A stretch of DNA of 64,000 nucleotides, taken from positions 20,090,001 through 20,154,000 of the forward strand of contig CM052818.1 in the NCBI GenBank assembly GCA_028534125.1, in the 5' to 3' direction. The notes under the pieces were generated by a model. The model was not told where the DNA came from. It saw only the letters and a list, made by a program, of their open reading frames with translations, and searched no databases. How positions within the stretch are numbered: the stretch's first letter is position 1; each line of letters opens with the position of its first letter. The translations under genes and the position numbers were made by a program. Source of the stretch: Lama glama (Eukaryota). This document shows positions 51,971 to 63,410 of the stretch, piece after piece.

Positions 51971-54900
51971 AGTTTGAGTTTTTTGTTTCGTCCTACTGCA
52001 GATATGATTTTTATTAAGGACACACACATTCCCAGTACTTAAAAGGACCTCCAATAACCATGTGAGGATGATGGAAAATGTGAGGATAAAACTGCATGGT
52101 CATTTTAAGAAGCGGTAACAGAGTGAAGCACACCAGAACTAAGCCTGTTCAGGGCACTCAGCTCCCCTTCTTCCCATTACTGTGGACAGACATGTGGGTA
52201 GACAGACAGGTGGGTACAGGTAAGGCTAAAGTGCACCACAAAATCTTAACTAGATGCACACACCAACGTCCTCCCCCATTCCCAAGACAGGGAGAGACAC
52301 TGGCAATGAAATGTGGGACTTCTCTAAGACCTGAACAGTAAGATCCTGAAAGATAAGGCAGTCACCAAATCAGACACCTAAGAGCAAGGGCTACCTTTTC
52401 CATATCACAGAACTTTCGAAAGGCTACTAAAGCTGAACAGATTCTCCTTGGGGGAAAAATGCTTATGCATCTAATACCAGCAGCCAATTTCAGAGGCTCA
52501 CAGACCACTCTCAGAGAAGCCCATTCACAAAGACCCACCCAGGTTAAGAAGCTCCCTCTCCTTTCTTGGTCTGCCTGGAATCTTAGCCGTCCCCATCTGG
52601 AATCATAGCTTTCCCCACCGTTATCCTCAGTGGGACCAGATCCTCTATCTCCATCACTCTAGGATCCCTGCTAGACACCTCCCTCCAGGCCCCTCACCCA
52701 AAGCAAGTGTGCAGTGAACAGCAAACACTCGACTTTGGGGCCTTTCCATCTATGGTGTCAAAGAACACCACAGGGAATGTTCTTGAACCCTTTACTCTGT
52801 CTTTAACCTCATTACCCACAACAGTGACAACGGCCATTTGACCTTCCCTCAGAGCCCGTCTCTATGCTGAGGATTAGGGCCTGCCCTGTGTGATTCCAGG
52901 GAAAACTGGGAACCCATTCTCCCACTCCCAAACACACACAATACTTTTTAATAATCGTGAGTGCTTGTGTGTGTGGTTACTGCCTGAAATGCTACTAAGA
53001 GCTTCTTATCTTTAGCTTCAAAAGATTTGATCTCAACAGAAAAGTCACAGGTAAGCTGCCAGCTAACTATATCTTTAGTTAAACCTCCTTGTGCATCCCC
53101 TTTCCCCTCTAATCAGACTAAGCAAGTTGAAGACAAGGACCACATCCCCTATTTCTTTTGTCTCTTCAGCATTTTATCCAGAGAGCATGCAGGTGTTCAA
53201 TACACATTTGCTGTTTTACTCGTTTATGTCATTGTGCAAATAGCAGAGCTGGTTTTCCATCATAAGACCAGACATTGGTACTGGAAAGGGTAGGGATAAA
53301 GGATACTGGGGGTCCTGAGAGTGAACATTGCTAACTTTACAATATTGGCAAAAGTCTCACCTGTTATGAACTATCGATGATGGCCAGTACTAAAAGCAAA
53401 AGGGAAGATTCATTAGGCCAAAATCAATAGGAAAACTCATGTTGGTATGGGATAGAACTGAGAAAAATACAAAAAAAAAAAAAAAGAAAAGCAAATACTA
53501 CTAGAGAGACTTCCTGAGATGTGGAAAAGCCTGAATCTTGAGACACTGAATGACAGCAAATAGTTTCATATGTTTTGGGCTGAAATCTTGGAGCACTAAG
53601 AATTATCTAATTGGCTCCTTCTATTTGTAAACATTTCACACAAGAGAGTCCTAGAAAGTCAAGGATCACCCTACATACATAGGAAGAGACAGAGAGACAG
53701 ACTGATTTACATTCAAAGTGAATTAAACTGTTTGCATCTCATGGTTTTCACTCCTAGTGAAAATGCCAACTTATTCAGTACAGGAATCAATCTAGTTGCT
53801 GCTTGAATGTCTCTGCTGACAGGGAGTTATCTACTTCACAAAGCCATCCACTCAACTGAAGAACAGTTCTTGCTTTGGTTTTGTTTAATGAGGTTCATGT
53901 ATAAGTAAATGGTTTCTAAGTGAATAAAGGGAGAACACTAAAACAATGAATTGACACTTCCCAAAGTTTATAGACACTGAAACCAGTACCAGCTCTGCTT
54001 CCTTTATTTGCAAAAAGCAAACAGAATCATGTCTGCTGGAGCCTGAAGTCTTTTATAATAATCTAGAAAAGAAAATCTCCTTTTTATAAGGTTCAGTGGT
54101 CTGGAAAGGGTGAAGGGAGGGCATTCTAATCCCTTGGAAATCATCTTCACAGACTAGTGGCATTTCAGGGCTGGAGGTACAATTCTGTCAACCACAAGGA
54201 AATGTATACTTAATTTAAACGCATACTTAATTCTGCTTCTTACCTTCCCTATCTCTTCTTGTGACTGAAGAATCACTTAAACTCCCTGGGCCTCAGTTTT
54301 CTTATCCAGGAAAAGAAACATTTAACTAGATAATTTTCATGGTCCCCTATAAAATATTTCTAAGCTCCCTATTTGCAATACTGAAAAAAAAACCTGTAGT
54401 CGCAGAATTCTTTTGCACTTCACAAAAGCTGTATGAATTAAGTTCTATTTACCTGAACCAATAATGTGTTATATCAATTCCTTATCATACCTGCATTCTG
54501 GTAATGCAATTGGAAACAGATATTAAGTGTTGAAGGAATATTTATAGAAAGTATACTTAATTTGAGAAAAACTGCCCAGCAATATTTTTGCCTTCAGAAT
54601 TTAAAAAAGGTGAACTTTAATTTTCTTTTAGCAGAGGAACAACTACATCCAGCTGACAGGGGGAAGAGGCGCTAGAACACATCTGATCCAGAGCTCTCTG
54701 ATTGTCCTTCCACCAAAGCCCCCACACTAGGTGATAGCCTTCTGGAAAGGGGCTCTGAGCTGGGTCTGGTTTAGGAATGGACTTTGACCCCTAATTATTC
54801 TAGGATCTCACTTACATTTACCTTAACCACTCTCCAATTCCCTTGAACCTAAGAACTTCCAGACTCTCTTCTCTCCCAGGGAAGGGACTCAGAGATCGTT

Positions 54901-57663
54901 TTATCAGGAAGTGAGTCGCCGAGACACTTTCTAGCTCTTCACAGAATCAGGAACCTTGATTAACGAGGCTTTCACTTCACTCCTGACAGCTGAGTGCAGA
55001 AAGGTGCATGCAGCACCCTCAGCAAGCTTCAGTTTCTGGCCATTTCTAACGTCATGAGAAATGCACACCACCACTAAAAGAGCACATTTTGAAACCGTCT
55101 ATGGAGGCCAGCCAGCCAGCCAGCCAACATTTAGAAATCAAACTCTTTATTATTAAACATTAACATCTCCATCGATGTATGAACGTTCTGGAACAAAATA
55201 CTTCTGCCCACTTCTTGAAAGGCTGTTGTTAGAAGGAACATTACAAATGTTCTGTGCATCTTGAGTTTTGGGGGAAGAAATGGCCCCCGCTGAACCAGAA
55301 GAATCACACCTGAAGAATCTATACACAGAATCATAATCTGAAAGCCCTCCTGGCAGGTGTCACATGGAACCTGGGAGGCACTCTGGCAAAGCCAAGGACA
55401 GCCACTTATGCTACAGACACACCGACTTTCAATGTATTGTTTCACGTATTTTAATTATACTTTAGTCCTGCAAGGAGCCCGTCCCCAGCAAACAGAGCCA
55501 GACTAGAAAAGTAAGTATGTCTCAAAACCATCAGCCCAGCAGGAACTGGACAACCCCTCATGGGACTCTGGACAGTGAGGGACACACTGTTTACTCCGTC
55601 ATTCCGGGACATAAAAAAGTCAAAGCAAGTCGCAGAAAGCAGACGTGTGGGGCCACCAGCTCTGTACTCCGAGCCATCTCACAGGCAATCCCCGCAACGG
55701 TTCTTAAACCTGCCGCTCTCACGAATAATTCAGAGTCTGATTACCCAACTTCTTCCGGCTCCGATTCTGGCTCCCTCTATCTCTAACGAAGGAGGCACTA
55801 CAGCCGGGTATGTCGAAATAACTTTTCCCCTGCTCCCAAGTTTCTCGCAACGATTCATATGCATGATAGCACAGGACCCGGCGCTGAGCCGCGCGGGAGA
55901 AGCCGATACTTCACACATCTGTCAAGATTACCATCAGGCGCCACCTCGGCGATTGCGACATCCACCGATAGGCATCACAGTTGTAAACTACAGTAAGTTC
56001 CCTCGCTGGCTCCGAAGCCCAGAGCGCGCGCAGAGGAGCTGCCTATAACTTTGTTTTTCGATTGTTCATTGTTATTGGCAGGCTATATTGGTTTTACAAA
56101 ATGCTCTGGAACCTTAAAGTCACTTCCTTGCTTCACTGCCCTTCAGAGACACAGGACAGCAGGGCTGCTCCGAGGCCCCCAGGGACGCGCACCGTCTGCG
56201 GCCTCAGGGCCCAGAGTGGCCAGGCTAAAGCTCCCTCGCCCGTTCCAGGCCTGGGGGCGCCACAGTGACGCGGAAGGGGTTGCTGCGCCCGGGAACCAGG
56301 AGCCAGGCTCAGTCTCCTCCCACTCAGCGATCCCGGAGCGAAGGGCCCGGGCGCCCGGCCAGAACGGGCACGATTCGCTCCCGTTTATCAAATCCTTATC
56401 GGTGCCCAGAGGTGGGAACCGCCGCTTTCGACCAGAGGACACACGGTTTCTGGCTCGGTCCCGCAGTGGAAGTCGGAACAAGAGCAAATCAACCCGGGCA
56501 CTGAGCTCTTCCTGATCTCCGGCCCGGGGCCAGTCACCCCAAACCTTTGCGGCTAGGTCTCCCATCCCATCATCAGCCCACGGCCGCCCAGTGGCTGATC
56601 TCCCTTGGCTCAGGCCCTTCAGCAGACCACGCATTGGATTCCAGTTCCCCGCATCCCAGCCCTGCCAAGTCGCCGTCGAGCTTGCGGCTGAAAGCTCCGG
56701 TCCGCTGGGGCAGCACAAGGGAGAGAGGGTGAAGAGGGGGCCAGGCGCTGATCCGCGCACGACTGCGGGAAGCGAGGCCATTCCCACGTCTGAGCGTCAC
56801 GCCGTGCGCTCTCACCCTCGCCGGGAGAGGGCGGGAGGGCAGTGAGAGTTGGACGGAGTTGCCTCTCACCCAGTACCGAGAGGCTCTCTAGGGAAGGTGG
56901 GCAGATCGATAGTGGCTGCCCTTTTCTGTCCTCTTGGGAGAGAAACACCTGGACCGGCCGCGAGCGCCCGTGTCGCGATCCCCTCCTCGCACACCAAGAC
57001 ACCTGCCTTGGTGAGGCAGCCCGGCTACTACCCACTTTCCTGCGGAGTCAAAGTTCGGGATCTGGAAAGGGGCTTCACCAAGCTTCCTTGGTATCTGAAG
57101 GCCCGGAATAGGGCCATTTGCTACGTCCTGGCCACTTCGCTAAGCGCATCCCAGCGCCGCGCTCCGCCTCTGGTTCCTTGCCAGTTTGGGGCGCAGCGTG
57201 GACAGAGCACGTTTGGAAGGACCCCAAGGGTCCCAAGGAAAAAAGAGGAGTGGATGCTGCCCCGCATGCGGGCCGTGAAAAAGTCGAAACCTGACCTGAG
57301 CCAACTCAACCAAGAAACAATTCAACATGCTCGCCACGGCAGTTTGGAGCGGGGGTGGGTGTGGGTGTGGGGGGTAGAATTTGTAAAGTACCCCAGGAGC
57401 ACCTCCGATCTCTAGAGCCACGTCCCTTGGCCTCCTGGCCTCGTTGCACGCGCGGATTCCCGATTCCTTTGGGCCACAGAACTCTCCACTACGAAGCCAC
57501 AGCCCCGCGTCCCCAGATAGGGCACCTGCTCTCCCCCGCCAAACCTTCCAAATCGATCCTCCGGCCTCAAAGACCTCTCCGTGCTCCTCTCGGTCGCACC
57601 AGCCCCGCGTAGCCCAGCCACCCTCTCGGACCAGCTCCCTCGCCGTTTCGGACGCCCGTTTAC

Positions 57664-57689
57664 CTTTTCTTCTCCTTGTCAGCTGTCAT
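57664..57689 (-). CDS. EPAS1: EPAS1 coding exon 1 (MTADKEKK R-, 26 nt)
   Basis: Minus strand reads GCGACA ATG ACA GCT GAC AAG GAG AAG AAA AG|GTAAAC: start context with A at -3 and a GT donor. Confidence 0.98.
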
Positions 57690-58225
57690 TGTCGCTGTAG
57701 CCTTTTGAGACGTCGAGCACCTGGACTCCAGGGCCGGTGGGGGCTGCAGCCGCTGCCTTGGCTGTGGCCCTTGCCCCCTCCCCGAGGCCCGCGCTGCGTT
57801 TAATGTCCTAAGTGTTCGCAGGTTCCGAGCGCCCCGCAGAGTCAGGTGGGAGTTAACAGACGGCTCTCCAGGTGCGGGGGAGGGGGGTGGAGAAAGGTGA
57901 CAGGGAGGAACCTGCACGGGGAGGCGGGGTTGGGGAAGGAGTGGGAGGAGGCTGTCAAACGCAAAAAGAGGGCAGCTAAAAGGGAACTGTAGTTCCTTTT
58001 TCCCTAGAAAAGGAGTCAGGCAGGAGTCACTTTTCTGGGTTTTCAAGGAAAAAAAAAAGTGGCTCGAACGACTGGAGTTGACAGAGTCCGGGGCCAAGCG
58101 GGCGCGGAGGCTGAGATGACCATACAGTCTCAGGACACTGCCGAGGATTGTACGGCCGCCTCAGGAAAGCTGGGGCGGGAGCCTACGGGCGCCGAAGCTG
58201 TACGGCGGGCCGCTCCCGAATGTCG
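57690..58225 (-). other. EPAS1: EPAS1 5'UTR (non-coding part of exon 1, about 535 nt)
   Basis: Lies between the TATA-like box and the ATG, contains the IRE and is pyrimidine-rich on the sense strand. The 5' end is estimated at about 25-30 nt downstream of the TATA-like box. Confidence 0.8.
58120..58155 (-). promoter_or_regulatory. Iron-responsive element (IRE) in the EPAS1 5'UTR
   Basis: Sense strand CCGUACAAUC CUCGG CAGUGU CCUGAG ACUGUAUGG: CAGUGN loop (58135-58140), upper stem with an extra 3' U bulge, C bulge and lower stem. Matches the known IRP-bound EPAS1 IRE. Confidence 0.96.
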
Positions 58226-58500
58226 CGCCCGCGGCGCTGCCAGCCCACTTTAAAAACTCCGGCGTCCGGCGGGGGGTGGGGAGTGCGCGAGGGGCGCGGG
58301 CGCAGCCGGCGGGGGCGGGCGCGCGCCGTCAGGCCCCGCCCCCGTCCGCCCCGCCCGCGCCGCGCGCCCGGGCAGCCCACAGCGTCCCGGCCAATGGGGA
58401 GGCGCGGCCGCAGCCTCTGCCCTGACCCCGGCCCGCCCCCTGCCCCCGCGCTCTGCTCGGCTGCGGCCCGCCCGCCCCGCCTCCGCCCTCTGAGGTTCCA
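58226..58500 (-). promoter_or_regulatory. EPAS1 core/proximal promoter
   Basis: TATA-like TTTTTAAA (58249-58256, minus), multiple GC boxes (58310-58490) and a CCAAT box (58391-58395) in very GC-rich sequence. Confidence 0.85.
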
Positions 58501-59619
58501 GAAGTTGTTTATGAGGTCGGAGGGGTGGCGGGGAGCTAGGTGGGACTCCGCACGCGGAAGCGCACCTTAAGTGAGGCTAAGCGGCAGCGAGAAGTCGGTC
58601 TCCCGGCGTGCTGTGGGGTGCGGGGGTACTCCCCAGCTCCCGTGTTTCCCACCTTCGCGCTGCCCTTGGGACGAGGGCATGACCTCGAGCCCCGAGGGTC
58701 CCGCGCCTCCCAAGGCCGCTCGGCAGTGCTGCGCTCCCGAGTCCCTAGCCCCGCGCGTGGGGCCAGGTGGGGGTAATTTCGAGGGCCCCGGCGGCCGCGC
58801 TCTCAGTCTAGGCGATGCGCTTTTTTTTTTTTTTTCGGCAGAACGGAGCTCGCTTTGCCGTCCAGAAAGAGGGGCAGGGAGATCGATCACCTGCGTCTGT
58901 CCCGTTCAGGGGAAACAGTGCAGTGACACTGAGCTAGGGCTGCCTCTGCGCCTTCCTTCCTTCAACTGGCACGTCGGTTGCTTGCGGGGTTATGTTGGAC
59001 AGTTTGGCTATGGCGGGGGTGCGGCAAAAGCGGTCCTTCGAGCGGTCTGGCTTGCGCACCCTGCTCCCAACACCTGGCCACCACCGCGCGGGTCCAGGCC
59101 AGTTGAGAATTGGAGAAGTCAGCCTGGCTTCCCAATGTGATCTTGGAGTAAGAGTTGACATCGTGTCCTCAAATCACAGGATCTCAGGGCTGCCCTATGT
59201 GTCTCCACACGGTCTAACTGAAGCCCTAGGAACGTAAAAGACTGCAGGTGCTGAGTGTGGGGAGATGGGAGATCCAGGTGCAGGCCATTAGAGCTCTGGG
59301 ATTTTTCAGCCGCTCTTTAAGCGCAGCGTGGACCCGCGCCCGCTGGGGAGCCTCTGCTCTTTACGCCTCTGTCCCGCGCTGAGCTGCCCGCCCAAGATTC
59401 CCACCCCCTTCTCTACCTACGGTAGTAGCGATCCAGCAGGGATAGTTCTGGAAGGGACCGGGAGGCTTTTAACTTTGAAGCTTTGAGAAGGGGCCACGGC
59501 TTCACAGGTGTGAATTGAGACGAGAAAGCAAGGGCTGGGGAACTGGTCCACTCTGGGACGGAAGCCTTGCTGTACCTTTCCCCTTTAGTCTCCCCACATT
59601 TTATATAAAAATAATCTGC

Positions 59620-59908
59620 ATGATAAACCTTCAGGACTATTATGTTAAGTGAAATACGCTGTTCACAAAAAGACCAATACTGTGTGATTCGACTTTTGAA
59701 GTTTCTAGTCAGATACATAAGGAAAAAAAGTACAAAGGGGTGGGGGTGGGGGATTCGTGTTTAGTGGGTATAGAGTTTGATTTTGCAAAGTGAAAAAGTT
59801 TTAGACAATGAACAATGAACATATTTAACACCACTGAACTGTATGCTTAAAAATGGTCCAGGTGGGAAATTTAATGTTACACATTTTTACCACAATACAA
59901 AAATAAAT
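59620..59908 (+). mobile_element. L1MB-like 3' fragment upstream of the promoter
   Basis: 'attatgttaagtgaaata...cacaaaaagaccaatactg...actgaactgtatgcttaaaaatggt...ttttaccacaat'. Confidence 0.8.
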
Positions 59909-60567
59909 ATCAAGAAAAAATAAAATAATTTACATAAGAATTTTTGGTGTAAGATTGTGTCACCACCCAAATACAAATAAACGTGGGTTTTTTCACCCTT
60001 ACATCCTGTAAGAGGGATGGGGATACTTGTCAGGAGCCTTTGGAAGGCATTGGAAAACAAAATAAGGGATAGGCAAAAAAAAAAAAAACAAAAACAGATA
60101 ACTGGGGAACCAGGTACATTTTCTCATTTTGCTACAGTGGCTAGCACTTTGCACACAGACTTTGAAATCAAACATCAGGCCTGACAATCAAGGGATTCAA
60201 ACAAAAATGGCAAATCCCTCTAAGGAGCCATTTCTTGGTGCTGGTGGGTTTCAGGAAGGGGTTGATCTCATACTGGGCTTCCTAGCCAGCCAATCCTAAC
60301 GGACACATTTATTTGTCTTAACGCAAGATTCAAATTGGTGAGACACGGTTCTCCATTAATTAGCAATAAGCCTTCTCACCTCACTTGGGACTGGAGTGGG
60401 AGAAGCAGCAAGTGCTTTGGTGGCTTCCAGATGCCCAAGGCCATTCACTAGCAGAGTAATGAGAAACCTCTAAGTTCTTGGCTGTGCTTGCAAGTCTCAA
60501 AGCAACGCTTCCAACCCAGAGAAAATTCCAGTAGGGTTGAGCCTATGAATTTAGCTTCTTAGATGTT

Positions 60568-60570
60568 AAA

Positions 60571-60601
<31 letters not shown>
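60568..60601 (+). repeat. Poly-A/(GAA)n microsatellite
   Basis: A-run followed by seven GAA units. Confidence 0.9.
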
Positions 60602-61514
60602 GAGGAAAGGTAAGATGTCAGCCAAGAACATATCAACTATATTAATATTAGCTCCTCTGATGGCCAGCCTACCCATCTTTCTAATAGGGATTTTGCCCTC
60701 TAAGTGAAAGGTCCCCAGCTAAGATAAACAACTACACAGATTTTGTGGAAATCCCAGTGAGTAACTTTGAAGAATCTGGGATTTTGGCAGTTTGAGAGAT
60801 TCGCAAAAAGCCTATATAATTCCCAGAAGGATTAGACCCAGCCTTGGTTTGAGCAGAGCTGAAGGGCCCAATGACCTCTTAAGATTTCTTCCAGGATTCA
60901 GTTCAACAACCTTTGCAGGAAGGAGCTAAGCATATAAACCAGATGCAGGCTTGTGCCTAAAGTGTTACATTTTATGTTTTAAAGCCCACGGAGAACTGAA
61001 GGAGAAAAGCTTTAAAGAGGATGCCAAGGAGAGAGGGATCCCAGGATTTCGTGTCTCTAGAGACCTTGAAATTCTGGTCACAGAGGGCAGCAGAGGGCTC
61101 TGCTAAGCGAAGCTCCCAAGCTTTTTAAAATGGGAGCACACTGCCCACCTCCCAGCAAATCTCTCCACCTGCCTCCCAACTCTAGATCGGACTGCTTGGT
61201 GACAAAGGCTGTGGCAGCAGGGAAACACCCATCTTGGTTTATCCAGGGACAAGACTGGGTCTCTACCTTCCTCTCCACTACCGAGCACACACTTAGAGAT
61301 AAGGAGTTAACTTCCAAACTTGGTAGAGAGCAGACACCCGGGATACAGTGGGCAGGTGGAAGAAAGAGGATCTTAGTAATCTATTAAAGTAACAGTATAG
61401 TACAGGATGTGCTTGGAAATTATGTTAGATTGGTGAGATCAGCCAGGAGAAGAGATCTTGGAAGGTTGAGCTATTTCCTTAATATTTTACAACTTTCAGT
61501 GCATTATCACAGGC

Positions 61515-61615
61515 CAGGGCTGAGACGGGTGAGGCAAGACAGGCCCCTCAGGTACAAAATTTAAGGAGGCATTCACTCTCAGAGTCATGCAAGTCTTTGC
61601 ACTAGTCCTGGTCCT
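61515..61615. mobile_element. MER96/MER91-type hAT MITE fragment
   Basis: 'cagggc...gggtgaggcaag...caaaatttaaggaggcattcactctcag...ctagtcctggtcct'. Confidence 0.6.
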
Positions 61616-62789
61616 ACAAGGTATGTTATCTCAAGGATTACCCATCTGGCCCTAGTCTGGCCATTTAGTTGGTTTTGGGGTGGGAGAGCCTGCAGGCTTG
61701 GGAGCAGAGATCAGAGGAAGGATGATCACAGAAGTGGCTCCTTCTCTATTGAAATAACACTTGCATGTTACTTCCCCCAAACAAAACCAGCTCTTAAATT
61801 GTGACTTTACAAAATCTATCCTCACACTCCCTATCACTGAACTCCAGCACCAGAAAACCATACCCTACCCCACCGCAATGTCTGGTTTCAGGCCAAAGCT
61901 GTAGGACATTTCACACAGATGTAGGCTGTATTGACCATGAAATCTTGTGACTTTTGATGCCACAAATCCAGACTTTGTCATCTTTCAAAAAGACCTGTGG
62001 GTTTTTACTGAAGAAAAGATTAAGCTTTTCTTTTGTACTTAAATTCCTAAGTGCTTATTGATTGGAAAGATCCACTTTTAAAGAACCACATCTTACTCTA
62101 CCCCTCACGTTAGGATAAAGAATGACTTAGAAATGAATGTCTTCCATTTCTAGGTCTAGGGATGAGATTTTTGCCCATGGAAGTTCTTGTCTATCACGCT
62201 GTCATTCAGCTAACAGTGAAGGAGTCATTGGTCCATGGTTACTATGTATCCTGTTTCAAGACATCAATCTGGTGGAAGAGAAAGAGCCAGTGGTTCCCTT
62301 CCCTCAGGAGGAGACAATCCATTTGTGCCCACCCTACATTTCCCAGATGATGAGACACTCATCTGCTCACCTTTTAAGGCTTCTGAATCAATAAGCATCT
62401 TTTAACGTAAAAATGATTCCTTTTTTTCTTCCCAAAACCATTTTAAAATGGATATATATAATATATTATTTTAAAATTTTTACTATAAGAGTTGAGAGAA
62501 AAATCATAGACTCTAAACAATAAGGGTTGTAAGAATTTTGTGATGGAGGAGGGTGGAAGAGTGGAGAGAATGAGTGACAAAGCAGAAAAAGCTAGATTCC
62601 CAGCCATGTAAACTGCTAGGGCCCAGAGCAGCCCCACCTAGACTAGCCCCTCTGCCAGGCTGGTGGGTGCAATCTCCAGGGTGGTAAGATCACACACACG
62701 GGAGGAACGGCCCATAGGAAGGACATGCCAGCCCCACCTTAGAGAGAAAAAGGCACTAGCAGAAATGAAGGCGTTCTACCTTAGCATAT

Positions 62790-63240
62790 TTCTATGTTGG
62801 GGAGCTCCTCACTCACCTTGTGAAGTAAGGCCTGCCTTTCACCATAGAAAGTAAATATGCCAGATGCCTTCAGCCTCCCTGTACTCTGGATGTGGACACG
62901 TGACACGGGTGCTTTGAATCAGACACATCTGCCCCGACTTTGAATCTAGTGACTGAGGGAAGCAGGCAGCTTGCAAAGTGGGTGCCACTTTGGTGACGGC
63001 ATCTTAATGCCAGCAGTCCTAGCATCAGCATCCAGAGTCATGAGTTGGTACAAACTACAGTCATCTGCCGTGGCAGCTGTGGCTCCAGGTTGAGGCTTTA
63101 TTCCTGGTTGCTGAATCTCTGAACCTGGCTCTCCAACCCTCCCGGAAATTTTGTGAGTACCCAGAACCTTTTCAATGAATCATTTCTTCTCAAATCAGCC
63201 ATCATTTCCGTTACTTTCAGTTAAGAAATCTTGGCTGATG
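62790..63240 (+). mobile_element. Solo ERVL LTR (LTR16-like)
   Basis: 'cacgtgac...aatcagac...gactttgaatc' and end 'aaatcagcca...tttc...taagaaatcttggctgat'. Confidence 0.65.
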
Positions 63241-63242
63241 GA

Positions 63243-63410
63243 TTCATTCATTCATTCATTCATTCATTCCCTCACTTACTCATTCATAGGCAGTATTTAC
63301 TTGATCAGCATCTGTTGAATGCTCACTGTTTGCCAGGTACCCTGCTAGGCACTGGTGATACCAAGGCCAAAGAGACATCTTCCATTCCTCAAGGAATTGA
63401 TTGTCAGGTA
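63243..63410 (-). mobile_element. L2 3' end with (TTCA)n tail
   Basis: (TTCA)6 followed by 'ttgaatgctcactgtttgccagg...tgctaggcactgg'. Confidence 0.75.

Larger units (their letters stand above)
55550..59400. promoter_or_regulatory. CpG island spanning promoter, exon 1 and start of intron 1
   Basis: Sharp rise in CpG density and GC content relative to CpG-depleted flanks. Edges judged by eye. Confidence 0.88.

Noticed and set aside
54236..54250. Possible recursive splice site (AG|GTAAG, minus strand) in intron 1
   Set aside because: The upstream sense sequence is purine-rich, so there is no pyrimidine tract.
57978..58000. Second IRE in the 5'UTR (contains CAGUUC)
   Set aside because: Not CAGUGN, and the hexamer falls in the stem rather than an apical loop.
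56051..59161. Many 100-214 aa ORFs on both strands
   Set aside because: Expected from stop-codon scarcity in a CpG island. Compositions are Arg/Pro/Gly/Ala-rich with no recognisable domain.
62897..62902. Upstream CACGTG E-box
   Set aside because: A single hexamer inside an old LTR, which is at chance level.
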